From assembly GCA_032718475.1 (NCBI GenBank), contig JAUCBJ010004233.1:1-58792 (forward strand): a stretch of DNA of 58,792 nucleotides, read 5' to 3'. The notes under the pieces were generated by a model. The model did not search any database and had not been told where the DNA came from. It saw nothing but the letters and a program-made list of their open reading frames with translations. The position numbers and the translations under genes are program-made. This DNA comes from Nemertoderma westbladi. Lineage: Eukaryota > Animalia > Xenacoelomorpha. Below, one piece after another: positions 49,925 to 58,792 of the stretch; positions within the stretch are counted from its first letter, which is position 1; the number at the start of each line of letters is the position of its first letter.

Positions 49925-51463
49925 ACTGGAGCTCTGCTCGAGTTCCTGCAGCTATTATTAGTTTGTTTGTGGCTGTGTGTGTGGCAGGAATGTTTGGACC
50001 CGGTGTTCGGACACTTCCCCCCCGGACAGTTCCCCCCCGCTCAAGTAGGACACTTCCCCCCCGGACACTTCCCCCCCGCGGACACTTCCCCCCCGACTGT
50101 TCTTAACTTCGCACATTCGTGTTTTTCATTTTGTAAGGTAAACGGACCGCTTGTATCCAGATATGTTGTATCCAATTTTCCTTTCGTAGCTCAGAAAGTG
50201 ATCTTTTGCATCCCGATTTTACATTTTATATCCAAGTTTTATTTATGGGTTTTATCAATGCAATTACATCGTATTGTTTGCTAATCTTTAAACAATTAAT
50301 TATATTAGATGACCTATAAATTCCATCCCCGGAATGATATACTGTTTTTATTAACTATAGAATTATAATAATTAATTGTTTTAATTATAGGTAATATTAT
50401 GTAAGTCTTCTTCAAATTGTAGCAGATGGGGATGAATATTATTGTTGCAATCAAAATTATACCTCTCCAGGGTAAAATCGACATGCGTCGACCTGTATTT
50501 TGTGTTCAGCATTACATATTGATATATATATTACTACCATACATACTATATAGATATTATATACACTACATATTAAATTTCCTGGTTACTTGCAATATTT
50601 TTAATAGGATTTTGTTGAATTATATAATATTGTAGTAATTTATATATTAAATTGGTTAACATTCAATACAGCTCATACTTTAGGCTTAGTCAATTTATTA
50701 TCTGATGATAGAAACATGAATTAATTATTTCAAAGTGGTCTTAAGTCTTTCACCACGGGCATTCAGGGAAATGCCGGGGCCTGGGGGCGATAACCCCCAA
50801 GAAAAGAAGCGGGGGTTTTGGGGCGGCAGCCCCCAAGAAAAGAAGCGGGGGTAGCCCCCAATTAAAAGAAATTAAAGGAATTAAAAGAAAAACAAACAAA
50901 ATTGGACTATAAAAATGTTTCTTTTATAATTTTGAAAAAACTTGTCTAGATACAACTTGTCCTGTAACCATCTTTAACTTTTGTTTATTGCTTTGATGCA
51001 CCCAGATTAATTTTAACACTTTAACTGGGGGGGAAGTGTCCGGGGGGCAAGTGTCCGGGGGGGAAGTGTCCGGGGGGGAAGTGTCCTACTTGGGCGGGGG
51101 GGGGAAGTGTCCGGGGGGGAAGTTTCCGGGGGGGAAGTGTCCTAGATCCTTTGGACCCAAATAAGTCGGTCAATCATGGATGAAATCGAACCAAACGTGG
51201 TACACATGTACTCAAAAGTAATCAAAAGTTTAGACATTCTACATACAAACAGACTTCTATAGTTCCTATGTCTGCCGCTAGGGGGCGAATATAAATATAC
51301 ATAAAAGTAGCTGTAATTATAGAACCAACCATCAGATTCTGGTAGCAGTACTCTACAAGAATTGTTTAATTAGAAATTCTACACACAGACAGACCTTCAC
51401 AGTTCCTTTGTCTGCCGCTAGGGGCGAATTTTCAGAGCTCCAGTTCATCGTGCATTGCACGGT
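49925..51463 (+). mobile_element. Second HINE-like family element, interrupted by a foldback transposon
   Basis: subTIR actggagctctg (49925) / cagagctccagt (51433); gtttgt/gtgt microsatellite after the 5' block; 3' hairpin cgtgca-t-tgcacg followed by a T run. Confidence 0.65.
50002..51149. mobile_element. Non-autonomous Mutator-like/foldback DNA transposon
   Basis: Modular inverted ends of ggacacttccccccc / gggggggaagtgtcc repeats; perfect 9-bp TSD tttggaccc at 49993-50001 and 51150-51158. Confidence 0.85.
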
Positions 51464-53787
51464 TTAATTAAAAAGATATTTAATATATTAATAAATACTA
51501 TATGACAGATCCCTAATTAATAAAATACTTTTAGATCCAAAATGTTCGTTTCACATTTAATCTTGAGTTGTTGTCATGGTGATTATAAATGTGTAAGTGA
51601 GGTAGGGAAGCGTCATCCACCACACCAGCACAACGCCATGCCGACCGAGAAGACCTAAATCAGGCAGATGTTGCCAGCTCACCTCTGTGGATATGGTTTG
51701 TCCCATATCTAGCTTAGTGATATACTGTGGTATACTCTCCACCCAAACCACTCCATTCGTAGTAGCGACAAGGAGTGGAAAACATTGTCATTGACTGCAT
51801 GCAATTGGAAGGGATACTTTGCATTCTTCGACATACGTACATATACATATTATATTATTGTATCATAAAAAATGTTATTTACTTGTAACACTTGATGAGT
51901 TTGTACAGAAGAATATATTTTAAACACAAGGATGGTCCTTTACGAGAGAAAGTACCAAAAATCTTACTGCACTACAAATACAGTTGTTTTTGTCGGAGGT
52001 AGCAGTTTTAAAACCTATATTATGGACAGCACGGATTCATTTCTGAATGTATCCGTGCTATAAGATGTTAACCCAATTTGTAAATAATAATGAAGTAACT
52101 AACCATAACTAAAATTGTAAAATATATCATATGAATAACAAAACCTTATTGTCTCGTATAGGAGAAATAATTGACTAGTTAAGTGCAATGATGGGTGGAA
52201 TACAGGAAATTACAAAAATACAGTTAACACTTTTTGTAACTCCGTATTTCCCCTTCTATGTTATTGTACATTTATATCATTTTACTCACATTTCGTTAAG
52301 TTTCCGTTTTGGTCCTGTCCTGTATTTATGCTGCCTCCACCCCCTAAATCTTATACTTTTGTTAATTTCCTGTAATCCACGCGACCGAACTTGATAATTA
52401 TTTTATCCTACGAAACAATAATATTTTCGAAATATTGTACTTTTCCCATATGAGAAGTTACTTTATGCGATAGGGAGATCCCTTTGTGATACTGTTGAGA
52501 CTCATTGCCCACTATAGATCCTATAAACCTCCATTAGCCCCTGTAGATCCTGCCAAACATCGATATCACTATCTTGATGGGAACGGATAGACTAAATTGA
52601 TGGATACAAAGGGAAAATAATACAAAGGGATTTGAAAAAAAGTAATGTAAGAAAGATTTAAGATTTTCAGTAAAATTCATAAAATACTAAAATGATAACT
52701 AAAATAAATCTTGCTCGTGATAAATTCTTAAATTGTGATTTATAATATTATTATATAATATTTTTCTAAATATTAATGTTTGATGTTAAGATTAAATTTA
52801 TCGTCTCTATTATAATACTAACTTGTTCTTCGATCTTAAACCGCAGGCAAGGTTGTTTTATTTTTATTCAAACAAGGGTGAAGGCAATTAGGTGTTCTTA
52901 GATAAATTTTGAAATTGCTTATAGCAGCAGTATAGGCTTAGCAAGAAAGATGGCAGACCTGAATTCCGACAATTACTCTATAATACTGCATGAAAACTAT
53001 TGGCCTGCACACCTGGATAGGCCTACCGCGCTACACTGGTACCTTCTGGCAGTCTGGCTATCAGCCTTGACTGTAAATGACAGTTTGAAATTACCTCGCA
53101 TTAATTGACTTAATATTTTTCCAGATGCTAGAGGTGCCTGAAAAAGAGAGACCCCCCCCCCCCCCCCCCCCCCCCAATAAGTATGGCCTCAATCAGCCAC
53201 CGTAGCTAACACTTATCAGACTTATATGCTAACACAAAAATATATAATATTAACAACGTCATCAGATGAATGGGACTGTTTATTATTGGGCCAACAGTTT
53301 ACAACTGGCTGTCACTCTAATGTAATTTTATTTGCATAAAATTATAATAATGTCATATATAGCAAATGCGGCAATAAATCTTAGTTACAGCTCTTACACT
53401 CTTTAAAAAGCCATAATTATTTATTATTAGCATATCAGCTCGAGATTCTTTATTGCACAACTCCTACGCGGTAAGAGTAGCCTACATAGTTGAAAAAGGG
53501 GAGGTGTGATAATGGCATAATGCGTCGATTGATTTTTATATACATATAAAACTCTATGCGCTAATGTGTATCGCAATTCTTATATAAATAAAACCTTTGT
53601 TTACTAGAATGTTAAAAACCGTTGTAATGGAAATAAGTTATCATTCCTATGGTAGTGGAGGTTCGTGGATGGTCTTCAGGAACAAGCTTTTTAGGTCCTC
53701 GTTGCGAGACTTCTAGTATTCACCGTTGATGTTGTCGGTGTTGTTGTTGTTACTTTCTCGTTAGGTTTCTGTATTAAGGATTGATAC

Positions 53788-53870
53788 GGCCCCAGTGGCT
53801 CAGTTGGCAGACCGTGGTACTTGGAATCTCTAGGTACCGAGTTCAATCCCCCATTCCGGTGAATGTTTTT
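53788..53870 (+). mobile_element. tRNA-derived SINE-like head
   Basis: A box tggctcagttgg and B box gagttcaatccc; acceptor stem does not pair. Confidence 0.55.
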
Positions 53871-56056
53871 TGTTTTAAAATTGGTAGTAAGCCATTCAAG
53901 GAGACAGTTCATGCGTTAGTAGACGCGCACCTTTACGCGATTTCGCGCTTGTTATCTCTACCAATAGTTTATTTAATAGAATAACGTTTGAGTATTCCAC
54001 CCACCATTCACCTGACATGGCAGGCAGTTTGAACGCAAAGAGTTCACTAAAAGCGGCATGATATGAATTAGTAATCGAATAGAGACAGTGGGTGTGCTTC
54101 GCTAACTCCTGTGAATCATTATTCATTCAGCAATCTGCTCATCATATCCCTCCCACATACAATCCATATGCATCTCTGAATCAGAAAATTCTATTGAGGT
54201 ACACCATGTTAGATAAAGAATGTGCCATTTCGATAATAATCACTTCTGTCATAGTCAAGTCAGACAAGATAGTAGTTCCACGACCCCAATATAGTATGTA
54301 GTAAGCTAATCAGTCATGGGATGCTAGGCGGCATTTTAATGCATCCAGATATACGTTAATTATAGAGGGTGATCCACAAAATTTGTAGATGAACATAAAT
54401 TAACAATTTATATATTTTAGTTTAACTTATTTTTTATTTAATATATTTTATTTAATTTATTAATTTTATATACATATATATACACTTTTGTTAAAAAGTT
54501 TTTTTATTGAATTTTACATCAATTTTCATTTTAAGCAAAACATATTACAGAGATACTCCCTTGTTATCTAGCAAATCCCCCCCCCCCCCCCCCCCCCTTT
54601 GAAAGTCAGACAATTTGTCGGAAAGTCCGAAAATCTGTCTGCTCCGTAAAATAGGATCTGGAAGACCCAAGGCCTACAGTAGTAGGCCTTGGGAAGACAA
54701 CATTTTCCAGATGATATCATTGAACTAAATATGTTTTTTCTATACTGATAATAATTGATCGTCCATTTGAAATGCCTCAAAAGTTTTGAATATAGAAAGC
54801 ACATTTAATAGTATAATTATTTAATATTTTAATATTAATTATAATTATAATTATATTAAAGAACATAATTACTCTGCCCCGCCATCTAACATAACTGAGT
54901 TGCGGAATAGGTAGGAAAATAGATTGTTTTAACAATATTCCAGTCCAACACCTTCACAACTATTTTAGAGAAATCAAACTTAGTCTCCATAAAGTCAATA
55001 ACATTGGTGGAGCCCGTCCCTTTAAAGGTCTACGAGAAGTGCACAACATCAAAAACAAAAAAACATCACACTGTGTTATTTTGGTGGAAGATTTAGCAAA
55101 CCTGGTGCTAGAGGTATAATATAAAACATGAATCAGTTATTGTTGGTGAACTCTGTTTGCAGGTTTCGAAAATTATGCTTTATAAATTATAATAACCAAA
55201 TATGTTACCATATATGGTTTTTGTGTACTGTTCGCGGCGAAACCTCTGAATCGCAGAATCTGAGAATTGTGTCAGTCTATCATCTGCGTTCTGTAGAACG
55301 ATTGCCTACGCCACTAGACAACGTTTTATTTGGTTGATCACTATTTCCATGGTACAGAATAAGCTGATAAGTACAAAAGGGATAATTGTCTTGTTGCTAT
55401 AATATATTGACATTGGTAATTGTTAAGTTGTACTGAGTAAAGAATATCTATCTAATAATGCTGTAGCCTAATGCTATGTATCTATCTAAGAAGGCTGCAG
55501 CCTGCAGATGTGGAGGAAAGTGTGCGGAATTCTGAAGTAAGGTCTGAATGTTCTGAAAGCAGGAAAAGGGCTGAATTAGAAAGAGTACCGGTACCGAATG
55601 TCTGAAATGCTGAATGTAGGAAAAAGGCAGGAAAAGGCAGAAATAGTAGAAAAGGCAATAACCAAATTTGAGGGGAAAATGTTGCGATTGAAATAGAATA
55701 CAGAATGCATCGGAAAGTCTGATAGTTGAGCTTTATACTGTATATGGTCTGAATCTGAATTCTGATTGGTTACTCTATTCTGAGACATACTGTACCGTAT
55801 GTTGAATAAATATATTTATTGAAAATGGCATTTCGCTGATGACATGTACCTGTAGGTACCTATGTGTTGATGTGTGTTTAATGTGTACTAGTGTTGAAGT
55901 TAACTGTGAATTTAAGTCTGACAGTTGAAGTAAGTGAAACGTGTTTATATTTCGTAGTATTGGACATATAATAAATTTAATATACACCTTGTAAATTACT
56001 ATATAGCACAAATGAATGTAAATAAGTTAATGTTATAATAATGTCTACAATTTTCA

Positions 56057-56672
56057 ACACGTTCGTGGGGCTTTCGCGCAGCACGAGAGCAAAATTAGAA
56101 AGTACATTATACTAATCTCTATTAGATATACGAAAACTGTCTTTCCTAAAATATATATGAGTGAAGGCGATGCTATCAGTTTGTGATAAATTAGTTGTAA
56201 AAATAGAGATACATTTCAGTTTGCCCTTACGCTTACACACTTTAACTGTCATTTGTAAACCTTCTAACTAGAACTATTTAAGTTAAGTATGACATTTTTA
56301 GTTTTATAATACTCTTCTCCTTCATTAGCCTCGATGCTTAAAATAATTTCCCTAAACGGAGACTAACGACCTTTGTAAATGTGCAAAGTCTCAAAACTGT
56401 GAGAGTAACTGCTGATTTATTGCAGATGGATACTCGTATCCAATGTAAACTCGTTGCGTTCGTTCGTTTTTTACCAAACTTGAGATTGTTTCTAAACTTT
56501 AGCCGGACTACATACATACCAAGTTTCGTTTAATTTCATCCAAGAATAACCGAGTTATAAGCGATCAAAAAATTACAACAGACGACGACAGACGATGACG
56601 ACGACGATGACAGACAACTCGTTAATGGTGCCCATATGCTAAGGCTTCGCTCATTTCGTGGCTCGCCCCACA
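56057..56672 (-). mobile_element. HINE-like element (same family as 6558 and 33727), minus strand
   Basis: acacgttcgtggggc at the left end and tcgtggctcgccccaca at the right end; (gac)n/gacagac microsatellite. Confidence 0.65.
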
Positions 56673-56769
56673 ATCGTACTAGTAGTATTGGTGATGACAA
56701 ATATCCGGGACAGAATCCAAGAAATCTAGGCAGTCAGAGATTCATGGACCAATATATTGGAACTAAGTA

Positions 56770-57345
56770 CCATCGTTTACCCCGCCCAAGGCATCGTCAA
56801 AGGGTGCATCCAGACTAAACCATGCACAGGAGGAACATAGTGTGGCAAAGGCCAGGCAAACTTTATTGAATGTACTTTTTGGAGGCTGAATATGAGAGTC
56901 TGCCAATCTTCTGAGGACAACACGTCATACTCAGCGCACATGACATGGTCCACTGTAATGGCAAGGTGAGAGAAGTCCACCTGGGACACCAATCAGGTGC
57001 CCAAGTAATAGGTCTTCTTCTCTTGCTAGGACTTTGCCAGTACACTGCTTCATGAACGAACCGCATATGAAGGAGGGGTGCAGACACCTCGGATATCAAA
57101 CAACACCCTTCAATACGGCTGCCAGAAGCCCCGCCCGCAATCCCTCTCAGTTCTCTGTACCCTGACCCTCATGATTAATTGACTCCAGCTGAAGAGCTAC
57201 CCCTAGGTAACTGAACCTAGATGGGTTCCCCTTCCTGCAGTCTAATACATGGGTGAATGAAAAGCTCCCCCACAGCCGTCACAAGTGCTTGGAACTCCAA
57301 ACAGTGGCCTGCCATACCGAAGTATAAACCATCCCTAGATTCAGT
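56770..57345 (-). pseudogene. Degenerate 3' fragment of a CRE-like (restriction-like endonuclease) non-LTR retrotransposon
   Basis: Frameshifted minus-strand pieces TESRDGLY / RYGRPLFGVPSTCDGCGGAF / FTHVLDCRKG / FDIR / EKKTYY resemble the CCHC knuckle and RLE region of CRE-type elements. Confidence 0.6.
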
Positions 57346-57469
57346 TAGTGTGGCTCTTCCTTACATCTCTTACAAGATATTTATGTATGTAAGGTTAATA
57401 ATTTAATATTTTAAAACTACTATAATCAGCCTGCTGCATTGTAACTGCACATTGAGATGCTATGCCAGC

Positions 57470-57805
57470 TTAACAAAAACATTTTGTCACCACTATGCAA
57501 CCACTGCACTTATGCAACCAATGCAGCGTGCATTAAGAATGCTATGCCGGCTTATCAACAAAGTTTTTCTCAACTCCTTATCCCCCATGACTTTCGCGAG
57601 ATTATCCGCATCTTCAAGGCTGATGTTATGTTCTTTAGGAGGCGTCTCACGAAAGTCATGGGCTGTCCACCATGTTAATTTTCTCATTGGGGCTGCCGAA
57701 GCACAAGATTGTGCACAGGTTGGTCCTCACGGCGAAAACAATGTTTTGCAAAGCAGAGGCGGCTTTGTTCTAGTGTCAAGCTTGGGGGAACCAATGAGAG
57801 ACCTC
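57470..57805 (-). mobile_element. RTE 3'-end fragment, minus strand
   Basis: Reverse complement matches the 29620-29900 RTE end (LEDADNLAKVMGDKELR). Confidence 0.75.
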
Positions 57806-58124
57806 CAGTATTTTAATAAATAAATATTATAATTGTTCCGTAATTGAACCTACCCGGACCCTGGAGGGAAATGAGGAACTGGAATGTAGTTTCTAACACT
57901 CAGTCCTTCCTTTATTCATGAAGTAACCACATTTCTTGATAACTGGTATATACAATTTACATTTAACAAAGCAAGTACCATAAACAACAGGCTACTGGTT
58001 GGTGCTGCATAGACAACACAGTATATTATAATAAAACAAGTACAGAGGCTATATTTAGGAATCGACTCGCAATTGGATAACGCACTAGTACAGTTTGACA
58101 ACGCACTAGTTCACCTACTAGCTC

Positions 58125-58771
58125 CAGAAGTCGAAGAAATCCTGTCAAGTACCTAACTGATTTAGACTTTGCCGATGACTTAGGAGTACTCTCTGAATCA
58201 CTAGAGGAACCCCAACGGCTCCTCAGCTCATTAGAACAGGTTTCTTCTAGTCTTCTGGGGTTCTGGTCTTTTTATTAACTTCAAAAAGACCAACATTTTG
58301 ACACTTAACTTTGAAAGTCCTCAGCAAGTCTCTGGCCGGATGAGCATAAGCTCAAAGGATGGTATGCTTGAGCATGTGGACGACTTCTGTTACCTGGGAT
58401 AATGGATCCGTAAGTCAGGTGAGGACCTTCGAATACGTAAGGGAAAGGCATGGGCAGCCTTGAATAGGCGTTCCAGGATTTGGAAGTCACATAGAATTAA
58501 TCGGAAACTTAAGGTCCGATCATTTAGAGCAGCAGTAGTTCCAGTACTCATCTATGTGAGTCCATGCTGGGCTCTAACTGCTTAGGACACCAAATCTCTG
58601 GATGGCACATTCACAAGAATGATACGTTGGGTTCACTGTGTCAAGTACAATGAACACATCTCCAACCAGACACTGTATAACATTGGAGGTGTCTCCTTGG
58701 TTCCCCCAAGCTTGACAATAGAACAAAGCCGCCTCCGCTTTGCAGGACATTGCTTTCACCGTGAGGACCAG
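58125..58771 (+). mobile_element. Degenerate RTE LINE RT fragment
   Basis: SRRNPVKYLTDLDFADDLGVLSES..., gaatacgtaagggaaaggcatgggcagc shared with 29370 and 42500; multiple frameshifts and stops. Confidence 0.85.
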
Positions 58772-58792
58772 AATAATAAATAATAAGGAAAT

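Noticed and set aside
53788-53870. Functional tRNA genes here and at 18200 and 27373
   Set aside because: Only A/B boxes are retained and cloverleaf stems do not close; treated as SINE heads.
57916-58101. Signal-peptide-like stretch PKYSLCTCFIIIYCVVYAAP as the knottin first exon
   Set aside because: No in-frame ATG ahead of it (ATT) and only a weak donor; cannot be supported.

Overview
AT-rich eukaryotic (invertebrate-like) genomic DNA with spliceosomal introns and dense repeats. No bacterial operons, rRNA or CRISPR arrays are evident. Main contents: (1) a 22-bp satellite at 1-3350. (2) A three-exon + strand gene (5636-6481, 10388-10548, 16580-17453; 626 aa by my splice reconstruction) encoding a signal peptide, a class C GPCR/mGluR-like Venus-flytrap domain and a C-terminal GPI-anchor-like tail, with no 7TM region. 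Its introns hold nested mobile elements: a Helentron-associated element containing a hAT MITE, an RTE LINE, and a MITE containing a Penelope-like element with a hammerhead ribozyme. (3) A head-to-tail duplication of about 12.5 kb (23319-35984 and 35987-48319). Each copy carries a 15-bp satellite, a minus-strand exon for an identical 6-Cys knottin (ICK) toxin-like peptide, an inverted-repeat element with hammerhead motifs, and a broken LINE RT. Two minisatellites have expanded reciprocally between the copies. (4) A distal region with a Mutator-like foldback element inside a HINE, SINE heads, and CRE-like and RTE retroelement remnants. All calls are by eye, and family assignments need database confirmation.
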